From Parasitella parasitica NRRL 2501 (Eukaryota > Fungi > Mucoromycota): DNA of 64,000 bases. Under the pieces are notes generated by a model. That model was given only the letters and a program-made list of their open reading frames with translations, was not told the origin of the DNA and ran no database searches. The translations under genes were made by a program, and so were the position numbers. This document shows positions 37,269-49,819 of the stretch, piece after piece. How positions within the stretch are numbered: the first letter of the stretch is position 1; each line of letters opens with the position of its first letter. The DNA lies in NCBI GenBank assembly GCA_025201805.1, contig MU619276.1, forward strand, positions 7,512 to 71,511, given 5' to 3'.

Positions 37269-39054
37269 ATGACAAGTCATCTTCATTGGCAGTCAACCAC
37301 ACCTACAACAATCAGCCAACATCAATCAAGATTGCTATCGCTGCCAAAAGAAATCCTGTTGGACATTGTGTCTTCAGTTGCTACAGATCTAAACTCGCTA
37401 TTTCCAATTGCATTACTAGAATTATCTCAATGCTGTAAATACTTGCACCACCTTGTACATAAAGATCCTTGGAGACAACAGACGCTGTGGCCTCGCGCAT
37501 TCCACCATCGATTTGATACGAGTGCAATTTATCGAAGAAGATTGAATCACAAAATGAATTGGCAAAGCGTTTTGGAAAAGCGCTGTAGAGCCTTGAATCA
37601 GTGTAGAAGATTTGCTTGGGATTCAGACAGAATCGAATTGCTGGACTCGATCGACTGGGAAGTTATTTGGGATATCATCACCGAACATGATCAGTATAAC
37701 ATTCCTCATTTATTAAATTACCGGGTCCAATACGCTGCTGGCATTGCCTTTCAACTGGGCTCCTATCATGATAGAGAAATCTATCCAGTGGTCCTGCCGA
37801 TACTATCCATCTTGGTGAACTATGGTAAGCTTCCAAGACAATAACGTAACGTAGTGCCCCACTCCTAACATCTGCTTAGACTTCTCAATTACAAGATTCT
37901 TCACCTCGGAAAATACTGCAATTGTATCAGACGAGCTGTCGCAATTCGCTTACAATTTCGAAGCAGATGCTCTTATAACACAACATATGCCATTACGATA
38001 TTTCCATTCTTGGTCCTCTCCGATGGATCATCAGCAACACCAACAAACCATATCGAATACGTCGTTTTATCCTGCCCAAGATCCACTCGCATCAGCCTTC
38101 CACTTGTTCTTTGCAACGATATTTGCTAGCCACCCCAACATCTACCAAGCTATTCCTGGTTGCGTTCCTATCCCACTCTACACAATAACCTCTGAATTAT
38201 TTGATGTTGAATTCCTTAGACGCTACGAACGAAACTTGTTCTTCGCCAGCTTACAAGAATCAAAGCAGGGCTGGGATGAAAAGCTGCACCGTTCGTCTCA
38301 CCTCATTGGCCCCAATCGTTTGAATAACATATATGCCGAATCTGGCTTTGCCTCTGCGAGTCAGTTTGTAAGCGAAGCCCATCTCATTGAAGGCGAATGG
38401 ATGGGCTACTACACATTCCAGGACCCTGATGACACCGAAGACAATAGACTCAACACCACAACAAATAATGCAACAACAGCCTCAAGCATGGCTACAAATA
38501 CACCTAATACATTAGATAACAATGCAACAAATATGGAAGACTGGTTCGATGGACCTATGCGAATCACAATCAAAATTGTACCACTCGAAGATGCCTCTGG
38601 TGAACCCATAAGTCAGTCATCATGGCTTTCTCGCTGGCTGGACGATGAAACTCCCCAAGACACAAACATGACAGAGCCAAGAAAAAGAAGAAAGACAAAC
38701 AACAACAACCTCGTAGAAACCATCCAAAATGCCTCATCCTCGTCCTTGTCTCCCTCGAATCAATTCCCTTACAAGCATTTGAAAGCCTGTCCTTTGACTA
38801 GATTTGAAGGTACTGGCGTGGACAACTTGGGCACCTTTGCCATTACCGGCCTTGTAGATGATACCGAAGAAGGTCAGGTCACTTGGGAAAAGAATTACAT
38901 TGATTCTGGTGAAACATGGGAATACTCTGGCCGTTTTGCTTGGCCGATGGGTCTCTGTGGCAGATGGGGCGATGAAGAATATGGCGGCCCTTGGTGGATG
39001 TGGAAAGTGGCCGACAAAGACACAACATCAAACATGCCAACTGTAACAAAATAA
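37269..39054 (+). CDS. F-box protein with C-terminal Gly/Trp-rich beta domain (one intron ~37825-37879)
   Basis: LLSLPKEILLDIV...LSQCCKYLH F-box motif, with the reading frame restored across a GT-AG intron. Confidence 0.8.
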
Positions 39055-39758
39055 TCACAAGCATACCCACCCACACCCCCCCCCCTTTTTTTTTTTTTCT
39101 TTCTCTCATATTTTTTTTCATTCTGTAATTGTATCTTTTTTGTTTTTGTCTTCTTTTCTTCTGGCCAAGAATCTAATACGTCTTCACTCATTTCAATAAT
39201 TAGTTAATGTTAATAAAGTCATTAATAGCAGTAGTATATAATAATATAATCTGGATCCGTATCGTTGGGTCATAATTTGTATCACCTTACATGTGGTGTC
39301 ACATGGAAACCTCTTGTAGAAAAAAATAGAATACAAGTATTTTGAGAAAAAGGGTTGCCATCATGACAACATAGGCACCATAGTAAAGCTTATTTGCTGT
39401 TTTCAAACATCTAAAGGAGAAGCTTGTATTCCTTTTTAGCAGTTTTGTGCTCGTTGGACCAAAATATGATCTGATTTTTCGACATGAATTCTTAGTGCCA
39501 ACCTCCTACTCACATGATACCAATGGTATTTCGTTTGGTAAGATATTCGACACTTTTCAGTACGAGGCAGATTGTTTTGCCAAAAAAGCTTTATTAGCAT
39601 TGTGTCGAGATATAATCATCACGCAGTGATAAGAAGTTACTTGTCATAACTCCAATATCGAACAGGTGTTTTTTTTTTNNNNNNNNNNNNNNNTTTTTTA
39701 TTGCTGGTGGATTTTTTTCTTTCTTTCTTTTGCTCTTTCTCTGTTACATACGATTATA

Positions 39759-41125
39759 ATGAATGCCATTCGCTCACTAGTATCAGAGAACCGAAAAAGA
39801 TACATTGAGAAGGGTGTTAATCTTGATTTGACCTGTAAGTGTACATGATGCTGGTAGGGATTTCTCACTGCCACCATAAGTACGTAGATATCACAAGTCG
39901 AGTCATTGCCATGTCGTATCCCTCGGAGGGATTCGAGGGTCTTTACAGAAACCCTTTCGACCAAGTTAAAAAGTATTCTATGCGCAATAGCGATACGATA
40001 CCTTGTGTATATAGTCTTATTAAGATTACCATAGGTTTCTTGAAAACAAACATGCAGGACACTACAAAGTGTACAATCTGTAAGTGTTTTCTTCGCAGCC
40101 TGTTTGCTCGTTTTTGTATGACCCATTTCCTTCCAAGCCGTAAAGAAAAGCAATATGATTTGTCCCGATTCGAGAATGGTAATTATTTTGCTGTACGCGA
40201 TAATCGAGTTGCATTGATTATAGTATTGTTATTGCCAGCTGCCAACTATCCGTTTTTGGATCATCAGGCACCTTCTTTTGGTACGCTTGTTGATTTTTGT
40301 AACGATGCATCAGGATGGCTAGATAGAGACAAAGAAAATGTAGTCGTTATTCATTGCAAGGCAGGCAAAGGCAGGACAGGCACTGTCATTGCTGCTTTAT
40401 TGCTCCATATCCGAGAAGCAAATGATGCAAAAGAGGCTATAGCTTTATATGACAATACTAGAACTAGCAATCAGAAAGTAACAAATCCACAAGTACGTGA
40501 TTCGACATAAAAGTAACGACTCTATGTTTCCAGGGCATCACTATTCCTAGCCAGAGACGCTATGTTTACTATTACGACATTATGATCAAGAATAGACAGC
40601 TATACGATACCAACAAAGATGTATCTATTCAAATCACACAGATAGTGATACATGATCTTCCTCAAGCCCTCAAACACAGCAAAGAATTCATTCTACTATT
40701 GCTTGATACAGATCACACAACAATCTATCAAAAGTCGTCAAATGAGGTAACACACGCCAAAATAATGAAAGGGAGCAAAGCAACTAAATGTTGATCAGTG
40801 CTCAATCGATCGCACCTTGGATACAATTCTGATCCACCCAACAGATTTGAATCCCTTACAAACCGACTTTAAGGTCTTGTTTACAAATGTGGGTACATGC
40901 ATCTAAAAGATATTCGACTCTGACCATTGTTTCCAGGTCCAAGGAAGTCATTTGTTTAGCTTTTGGCTTAATCCCACATTCATGTACATCTCGAATGACA
41001 ATGCGATTTGCTTGAAAAAGCAAGACATAGACCTGGCTTTCCGTGACAAAAACTGCAAAAACTTCAGCCAAGATTTCTCGGTTGGAATCACTTTTCAAAA
41101 ATCAAGCCATCAGACTACCTCCTAA
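39759..41125 (+). CDS. PTEN: PTEN/Tep1 phosphoinositide 3-phosphatase with C2 domain
   Basis: VSENRKRYIEKGVNLDLTY, IAMSYPSEG..YRNP, YPFLDHQAP, HCKAGKGRTG, GITIPSQRRYVYY, FSFWLN. Confidence 0.93.
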
Positions 41126-41351
41126 AAAAAATAGCACGCCTGTCATTCATTGAGAGCATCGATCTTCAGCGATACTAGCCCGATCCTCCCCTGCCTTCCT
41201 CTTCTTCTTCGACTCCATCATTTAATTAACTTTTTTTTTATAAGTCTTTAATAAAGTGAAGAGTGGGATCGTAAGCTATTGCCAAAAAAAAGAAAAAAGA
41301 AAAAGAAAAAGAGTGATGTTGATCGCTGATAAGTGTGGAGGAAGAATGCAT

Positions 41352-41810
41352 TTATTCTTGAGATCTAAGACGAGCACCAGCGTTGATGACTTTGACATTC
41401 AATTGAGCAGCACGTTCGAGGAGAGCAACACGCTTCTTGGATGAAACGTTGTGAGCGATTTCAGCAGCATAAGAACGGTTGTGCATCAACAAGAGGTTGA
41501 GTTCACGCACGTTGGAGACGGTGAACTTGCGGAAGCCATTAGGCAAAAGATCACGGGTCTTTTTGGCAGAACCGTAACCAATCTTGGGCATAGGAGCTTG
41601 GCCCTTGAAACGTCTACGCATGTTACAATCGATACCCTTGGGCTTTCTCCAAGATTCCTATTTTGACATTTGTTTAGTTGATGTGTTTTCTCGGTGAGTA
41701 AGATGTACATCATTACATACACCGACACGCATGAAGCGGTTAGATTGATGGCGCTTAAAGGTAGCGGTACGCTTCTTGACAATGGTGTGCTTGACGGCGG
41801 GAGTGACCAT
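41352..41810 (-). CDS. RPL32: 60S ribosomal protein eL32 (exons 41721-41810, 41352-41657; 5'-UTR intron ~41817-41959)
   Basis: [51 protein letters not shown]. Confidence 0.97.
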
Positions 41811-41990
41811 AATTGACTACGATCAAAAAGAAACTTTACGTTAATATGGTCTTTTGATAAGCGTAATATGCAGAATCCGTAAGCAATTCAAGAATGAAAA
41901 AGAAAAGACGACATTTCCATTGTGGGTTGTTGTAATTGTTCAAAAAGGTTGAAACATACGAACATGGCCGATTAAAGTGCTAATTTGTTG

Positions 41991-42095
41991 AATGTCGAAT
42001 GTCGAATGTCGAATGTCGAATGTCGAATGTCGAATGTCGAATGTCGAATGTCGAATGTCGAATGTCGAATGTCGAATGTCGAATGTCGAATGTCG
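41991..42095. repeat. Perfect 7-bp tandem array (AATGTCG)x15
   Basis: Directly visible, 105 bp. Confidence 0.97.
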
Positions 42096-42438
42096 TTTAT
42101 TGTTTTAAAATGAAATTTCAAGGCAAATGTCTCTTTTCTTTTTCGTACTCTTCTTTTTTTTTATTATTATTATTACTCATTCGATGAACAGCAAACGGAT
42201 GATTCGTATGTTTGATGGATTTTTACCTTTTGTTAATGGATGCTAAGAGAGAGATCGTCTTGATCTGCTTCATTTTACCATCATTTTGTTACATTGTTCC
42301 AAAGTCTTCAGAAAGATGCTTTTACTCCGGATCGAACATTCCAAGTCCGGTCATATTTATTCATCGTACAATATAAAGATCAGAGATTAGACATGAAATT
42401 AACAAAGAAAAATATGTGTTTGTATAAAATAAATATTA

Positions 42439-44134
42439 TTAGTGTTTTGCTTGATATTCTTGACGTAATTTTTGAACTGTTCTATTTTTCTCGTTTCTCT
42501 CAAACAGCTTTTCAACAGTTTTCATAAGGTTATCATCATTAGGGACCGATAATGTTGAGCCCAATATTTCCATGCAAACATCGAAATCAGACGATAGCAA
42601 GAGCGCTATTTTTGTTTGTGTCAGTACTAGTCAAGACTACACAGTTTTTGCTTACCTTCATGTGATTTCAATAATGCAACTGCAACAAAGAAAAAGACAT
42701 CGTATCCGCACAAGAAATAAACATCCCAAATCCGCATCAACGTGTGGTACTTGACCACACCACCCGCAAACAAAGTAATATACCACCTAGTAGAGTAAAT
42801 GTCACTAGAGAGGCCTAGGTCCGTCTTGATACAGTAAGTGACATAATAAACCTTTATAGTTGATAACCCTGTACTTACTAGATGGTTATAAAGCTTTGGT
42901 AGGTATCGTCTCAAAAGAGCTTCTTGAATATAAAAGCTTTCCATGAGCATTGGAAAGCCAGGTATGTACAAATTGTGCAGTCCATCTCGTAGAAACATGT
43001 GAACCAGCACTAAAAATGCTCTCTAAAATGAGATGCTTAATAACAATGAAATCGTGGCCACGATACATACACTTGCTTTACCTCCTCTTCACAATACATC
43101 AAAATAGTTGCAACGATGTTTGTCATCCCTTGACAATACCCAACTTCTTCATCATAACTAGCAAATGCTCGAAGAACGTTGAATAAAGCACGCTGCCTGC
43201 ATCAAAAATGAGTGTGAGGGATATCTTTTCGTCAACCTAGAATCCACATGCATACCCTGATCCGTATCGCTGTCTGAACATGATGTGATCCCTCAGCGTC
43301 CTGGGTATATCCAAATCTATTTGACGTTCGTGTGTGTTTTCTTTTAATAATAGTTCCTGCATTAGGTGAATCGTCTATTAGTAAGATCTGCATGGATTTT
43401 CGTTCTTTTATTATACCTGATATGTAGCCCTTAGTTTAGGGTCCTTCGTTGCATTTTCAAGCCGTTCTGTAGCCAGATAATACCACGCTTCTCTTCTCCA
43501 ACAGTCAGGAATACCTTTGTAGACTCGTTTTTTAAACTTGAAGTCGTATACAAATTTATATGCATTCTCTTGGTCAACTGTAACGGCCGTAGACATATTG
43601 GCCCACTTTTCAGCTCGTTCGACTTCTTTGGCTTTTACTCTAATACGACAACTTTTTAAGAAATAGTAGCTATAAGAGTTATTAAAACTGTTTACTTTAG
43701 TTCGGATTTGGATGGCTGCTCTTCTAAAAATCCATATCTATCATGTTTCTCTTTGTTGGCTCATACATTATAATCAAAGGTTGTCAGTTTTTTTTTTTTT
43801 TTTTTTACCTATCAGTCATGGCATACCACTTTTCCATCTGTGCAGCTACATCCGGGACTTTTTCAGGCCTTTGTTCGTACTGTCGTCTCAAGTCTGAGTC
43901 TCTCCTGTTTTGAAAAGAGAGTTCTGAAATGGATTTTCGAGCTGGGGCAGTTCTTATAGATGAGTTTGATGTGGTTACTTGTGTGAAATCAGTTTCGCTT
44001 GAACAAGTCGTCAATTGAGAGGAATCTTGGCGAGGAACTGGGTTTTCGTTTTCGGCTTGCTGTATGGCATTTGATAAATCTAACCAAACAGTGGGCGGTG
44101 GGTTGGAATGTACATTCGTATCCGTTTGTATCAT
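42439..44134 (-). CDS. TBC (Rab-GAP) domain protein; multi-exon
   Basis: RVYKGIPDCWRREAW, RQIDLDIPRTLRDH (IxxDxxR finger), GYCQGM, YIPGFPML, YSTRWYITLF, LMRIWD. Confidence 0.92.
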
Positions 44135-44307
44135 ATTTTAGTTCTTTTGAAATGGTAAGTGAAAGAAATCCAAAAAACCAATAAATATATTTTAAACTCT
44201 CGTTTTTAATGCTCAAATCGATACTCAAATTGTCAAATGATGAAAATATGTCATAAATTACAGGAAAAAAGGGGGTACATTTATATACCATATTCTAATT
44301 ACAAATT

Positions 44308-45302
44308 TTATTCTTCGTCTTCGTCGTCTTCGCCGTCTTCGTCGTCTTCATCTTGTTCTCCCAATGCTTCTTCATCTTCATCGCCAGAATCCTCCGCCAT
44401 AGCAGCCATTTCCATTTCATGTGCTTCAAGCGCTTCCTTGGCCTTCTTCCTTAATGTTTTATGGCTTCCTTCTTTAGCTAATACTGTCAAAGGTCTGCTA
44501 AGTTCCTCCATAGGTACGTCCAAATCATCGGCATCTTCTAGCTTTGCACGAATGTCGTCCAACACTTTATCTAATTCCTCGAAATATAAATCAATCACAT
44601 GGTATCTAATAGCATCAGGGTTCTTTCTATCGGTGGGGCTAAATCAAGTACAAATCAGCAATGTGACCAATTGGATTTCTAAAGCATGTTACCTCAGAGG
44701 CCCTTCAATCAACATGTCAGTGTATGCCTCAAGATAAACTTGATCCCATGATTCTCTAGCCAAAAATTGGAAAGAGAAATAGATTATACGACGTAAAAGC
44801 ATATAATACTTGTCCAGTCTAAGGATGTTCAGGATCAAACAAATATGTGAAAATGGGAAGAAAACGTACCTGATTCTATCTAAGCCATGCCATTGTTGAC
44901 AGTGGATCTGCCAGCATGCCTTTAAAAACGGAATAGCATTTGCAGCAGGCATCTCCATGACAAGCGCTCCTAGATCGTTAGCTAAAGCTTGTTGAATCAA
45001 AGGTTTATCAGACATCCAATAGCCTACATGATTATACATTAGCTACAGAAATTCTAGTTTCAATATGCAGTTAACCTACAATAAAAGAGACCCTTCCAAA
45101 GTTTGATGAGATCAGTTTCATTTAAATTGCTACTAGTTGATAAAAATTTACGAAGAGAACGAATTGCTTTATCACGAGTCTTTTTTTCTATGAAATGGTG
45201 AGTTGATTGAATAGCATTTCAGTAACAATAAATTGCTGTACCATTGGCTGCTAGCTGTTTTCCAAGAGGAAGGTAAGATTGCTCAATATCCAAATCGACC
45301 AT
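44308..45302 (-). CDS. RRP1: Rrp1/Nop52 pre-rRNA processing protein
   Basis: GKQLAAN..KKTRDKAI, KLWKGLFY, WMSDKPLIQQ, WHGLDRIRLDKYYMLLR, acidic tail. Confidence 0.92.
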
Positions 45303-45514
45303 ACTGTGTTAAAATGAAAGCTTTTTTTTTTTTTTTCAAGAAAAAACCATCTTAATTCCAAAGGAGCATCACAGTAAGCCACTAGGAAGATTTACAGTCA
45401 GTCTTGACATGTTGGAAGTCCCATCAGTGTTTGCATCAGGTTGCCCCGGTTAACTTTAGAGGTGAAGGGGTTTGCTGATATGTAAAAGTAATTCACTTTT
45501 CTTTATTTTACAAA

Positions 45515-45887
45515 ATGTTTGGCGCTTTCAGACCCTCATTAGTAGCCCAAGGTGGGTTGCTTTGGTAAGTGGTATTCATCATTACTACCTAATTAATTTC
45601 CATTTGACATTTTCGAAAGGAAAAACCCTTTTCGTATGTCTGCAACTAGAAAAGCCAACGTTCGCAAGAGACTCAAGGCCGTCGATGATGTTATTGCTGC
45701 CGTTGCTGAATCTGGTATCAAATGTAAAGCTTTGGATGAAGCTCTTGCACTTCCCAAGGAATCAGAAATGCTTGCTAGAGATAAATACACTGTATTTAGT
45801 CGTAATGCTAAGGGCTATCGTAAATCAATTCACAAAGTACCGAAATTCACTAAATCCACCAACAGAACTAGCCCTACTGGTTTCTAG
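45515..45887 (+). CDS. MRPL31: Mitochondrial ribosomal protein mL60 (L31)
   Basis: MFGAFRPSLVAQGGLLW|KNPFRMS...RKRLKAVD...LPKESEMLARDKYTVF...YRKSIHKVPKFTK. Confidence 0.92.
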
Positions 45888-46986
45888 AATGTCCTATTAT
45901 CATGCTTGTTTAGAAGAAGAAATAAACTGTAAATAGATAACCAACTTCTATTATTGATTGTCACGGAAAAAGTAACATATGGACGACGGCAAAATCTGGA
46001 TGGGTTATTATTTTTAAGCTTGCAGGTTAGCATAAGGGATACAGACTCGTTGTCAATTAGGTCTTAAGAGAAAGACGCTTACTAGTTTACCTCGAAATCA
46101 ACATTTGAACGTCAACATTTCGGTTGACCTTCGCATTATCATTATTAAATCAAACCCCCTATGGACAATCAGCATCACGTTTGATGGCGAATATAGCAAG
46201 TTGATAATAAATATCAAGCATTGTTTTCAGTTTAATACTTAGAAAATACATAAAGCTACATTTATGTGATAGCGTATGCCTGGATTCGCTTTCGTAAGTT
46301 ACAAGTTGGCAAGTTAGTTTGCAGTTCCAGGGCTTAAAAAGCAAACATCACTGTTTAAATAAAAAGCTGCGATACAACCACATCTGTTTTAGATATTAGT
46401 ACACATTCAGGGCGAGACAAAAGTAAAACACACTACTATTATTTTGAAAGAGATTTATATTAGAAACTGCCTCATTGAATATAATGGATGAGATTATCAT
46501 ATTACAATTATTAATTTGGGAGAGAATTTTATTGATGTACATATATTATGCAGTTAATTTCAATCGTTATTATTACAAAGATCTACCCTGAGAGTTATTT
46601 CGATATGAATAAAGATTATTTCCAAAGACAATTAAATAAAGAGACTACAAGCGATTATATCACGGAGAACGAGGGTCTTCATTAATGATTGAAACAGGAA
46701 GCCAGGATTGCTCTGGTCTTGGTTTTTAAAAGTCTTTCTACAATTTCATTTGAATGTCGGTGTCAATGTTGGAATTGAGATGAGATTCAACCTCCAGTTG
46801 AATAGGCAAAAACTAACACATCCCTTCAGGTAAATGCACTAGAAAAAAATAACGTTATGACTTTGCCTTGTTTTTTTCATACTTTTAAAATTTCACACCA
46901 AGAAAACGCGTCTTCTTTTAACACGAACAACAGCCTTTTTGAACAATCTTCTCTATGCTCCCTCTATTGATAGCTCTAAGATTAAC

Positions 46987-48138
46987 ATGATTTTGGATCA
47001 TGTAATCAACATAACAAGAGACATGGAGCAAGTAAAGGCAATGGTAAACACCATGTACAATAACAGAAGCTTTTACAATGTAGGATTAACCTCAAACTAT
47101 CAAGGTAACAATTCATTCAAACACTTTAAAATTGGCCACAAATAGTGTGTAATAACACTATTTCGTTTTGCACATTGATAGGGATCGCTGCATCTGTTTC
47201 CAAGCAAGACAAAGATATCAGTGATAGCTTGATGGCCATCTTTGAGCAACCCGAAAAAGTCGAAGAAATTGCCAGCATTGCAATTTCCAAACGTTCTGAC
47301 AGGGTTGGTAATACTAAAAAGAAGATTGTGCAGCAGTACAAAATGGATGGCAAAGAGCAGGTGAAGTCCTTGATTTTGGCAACCGGAGTCAATTGGCTCA
47401 AGCTTCAAGACGACGTGGTGCCAGGAGAAAGTGAGCTTGAAGACGATGAGCGTCTTAGCATCTTGTTCAAAGATGCTGAGTTTCGCTACTCATCGACGTA
47501 TCGTTTGATGACAGCTATCTGCGAAGCTCGTCTCTTCAACATGCCAAGTACTCATCGATGGGCAAAAATGTCTGGCCAAGAGCAAGAAAACCTGATATAT
47601 GTTTCAGAATATATCATTCGAAAAACATTGCCAAATAGAGGCCACTTCCCGTTGCACGTTGCCGAGGATAATTGGATTTCTTCTTACCTCTTTGGTTTGA
47701 TTATCAGAAACATTGGAAGGCAAAAAGATGCAGAGGAGAAACGAGTGAGTATTAAATTGACATCATTAATCTCATAAAAGCTCATCACTAATATATATTA
47801 TGTAGGCCCTAGCTGCTGCTCAACAAATGCTCGTAGCACAAGCTGCTTCTGCAGTAAGAAGTCCAATGACTTTTGAAGGTTTTTCAATCGATGTCCTAGA
47901 GCAAGAAGCTGCATCATCACAACAGCAGGTAGGTAGTAGCGAAGAAGAGGTTGTTGATTCATTTCATGCTTCTGGGCCATCGGTTGGTAGATCAAGACGT
48001 CATAGTAGCCCAGGTACAGAAGAAGCAGCAGTAGCTAATAACAGCAATAAAAGAGTCAGAGGTGGTGCCAGAGGCCGAGGCAGCACGCGTGGTACAAGAG
48101 GTGCAGGAAGAAAAAGCAAAGGCAAAGGCAAACAATAA
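46987..48138 (+). CDS. Hypothetical protein in AT-rich island, probably transposon-associated; 3 exons
   Basis: In-frame splicing at introns 47104-47181 and 47745-47805. Carries a W..M....PLHVAEDNW motif and an RG-rich basic tail. The start codon is uncertain. Confidence 0.55.
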
Positions 48139-48859
48139 TCCTGCCATCACCAGGTCTATTTTTTTCTATAAATTTGCTCAATTTTTTTTTGTTTCTTCCT
48201 TTTCCTTTTAAATAAAATAAAATTTTATTTTCTCTTAACACGAAAGCTACAAGCATTGAAATGGTATAGCTGTTAGCAGTACACATACTCCTTTTTAATA
48301 TGTTTCTTATTCTTTCTATGTCTTTACATTATTTTAGTAAGCTTTCTAAACTGCTGTTTACTCTTCTATAGGTAATAGATGTTTTGGTATATCATAAATA
48401 CCGAATTTTTATTATCAAATAGTTCTTATTACTGACAATACAATGCATTTGTAGTATGTGCCCAAGCGACTTTTTTTTTTATTAGTCTTTGGATCTTCTT
48501 CTAATGTTAGCTCTGTCATCCTTTATGTTCATCAATAAAACTAGCTAACGACAAACGTGGTCTATTAAACGCTGCCTCAAGCATTTTTTTCTATCCTTTA
48601 TTGAAAAGGGCTTAAATATTAATAAATTAAACCATATCATAACGATTTAATGTAGCGTCATAATTACAAAACAAAAGTTTAAAGGTTTTTATTATTATGA
48701 GAGAATGTATAAGCATCGTTATCTCGAGTATGATCAAAGAAGCAGCTAATCAATTCGATGTGAGTTCTTCAATAAACCAATCAATCGCTTAGCTACCTGA
48801 TCTATAACGCTAATCACCGTTGATGCGTCAATTTTCAAAATGACAATATAATCAATCCC

Positions 48860-49135
48860 TTGATGTATTTGTCAATGTTGTTGACTTGTTTGTCAATCCA
48901 TTGATGTTTTTATCTTCGACGATCCACCGATTAAATATATTATCAATAATCAAAACAGACTCATTTGTCAATCTATTGATGCTTTTGTCATCGATGATCG
49001 ATTGATCAAGTGTATTATCAATAATCAAAATTGACTCGTTTATCATTGCATTGAGGATTTAATCAGTAACAATCAATTGATCAACTAAGTTATCAATAAT
49101 CATCAATGACCTTATTATCATTTCATTGATAATTT
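48860..49135. repeat. Degenerate 75-bp tandem repeat (3-4 units)
   Basis: tatcaataat recurs at 48941, 49016 and 49091 (exact 75-bp period) with similar flanks. Confidence 0.75.
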
Positions 49136-49737
49136 TAGTATTTTATCAACACTGATTAGCACTGTTGGCAATTCAGTCAATATTTCGCCACTTGAAAGGG
49201 TATAATGTAAGGTTATATAACAAGGGCTACACGTCTTTGATCTGACAGTGGCTTAACATTTATCCTGGTGCTCAGATCTGCATTACTTACAGAAATAACC
49301 TTCTTGATTTAAAATAGAGACTTTATTCTCCAATTTACAGAAGCGTATCACATCACATCATTGGACAATTTTCAATCTTCAATTAAAGTACATTGTCATA
49401 ATTTCCTGTCTATAGTAATGGCAGATCAAGTACCTCCTTCCAGAAAGTTTAAGACACATATATAAACTTCTTTATATTATAAATAGATAGCAATTTCTAG
49501 AAACCAGGATGAACAAATACAAAACCATGGCAAATTCTGAAAGTAGTTAACAATGAGTATAAATATTATATAAAATCTATTAAATAAACATTGTCTTTAT
49601 CCTGTTAATTAAAGTCTTCTATATTCTCTCTTGTTAAACGTCTATCTGAGCTTTGCATTATGTGTATCACGTGCTTTACTCTATAATGTATTTACTAATT
49701 AAATGATATTAAATTTTAAATTTAACAACACAGGAGA

Positions 49738-49819
49738 GTCGTTTTGTCCGAGTGGTTAAGGAGTGAGACTTGAAATCTCATGGGCTCTGCCCACGCAGGT
49801 TCAAACCCTGCAGGCGACG
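49738..49819 (+). tRNA. tRNA-Ser (anticodon UGA), intronless, long variable arm
   Basis: Acceptor stem GTCGTTT/AGGCGAC with G discriminator, D-arm CCGAGTGGTTAAGG, anticodon arm TGAGA-CTTGAAA-TCTCA, variable arm GGGC/GCCC, T-arm GCAGGTTCAAACCCTGC. Confidence 0.95.

Noticed and set aside
3956-39693. N-gaps next to homopolymers (4000-4009, 12761-12775, 14372-14381, 34124-34133, 39679-39693)
   Set aside because: Assembly artefacts, not biology.
41991-42187. CRISPR array, telomere repeat or MSNVECR repeat protein
   Set aside because: There are no spacers, the array is interstitial and lacks a G-run telomeric unit, and the ORF is just the translation of the 7-mer.
49738-49819. Possible selenocysteine or suppressor tRNA
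   Set aside because: The anticodon is UGA (reads UCA, Ser), not UCA, and the stems are normal for tRNA-Ser.
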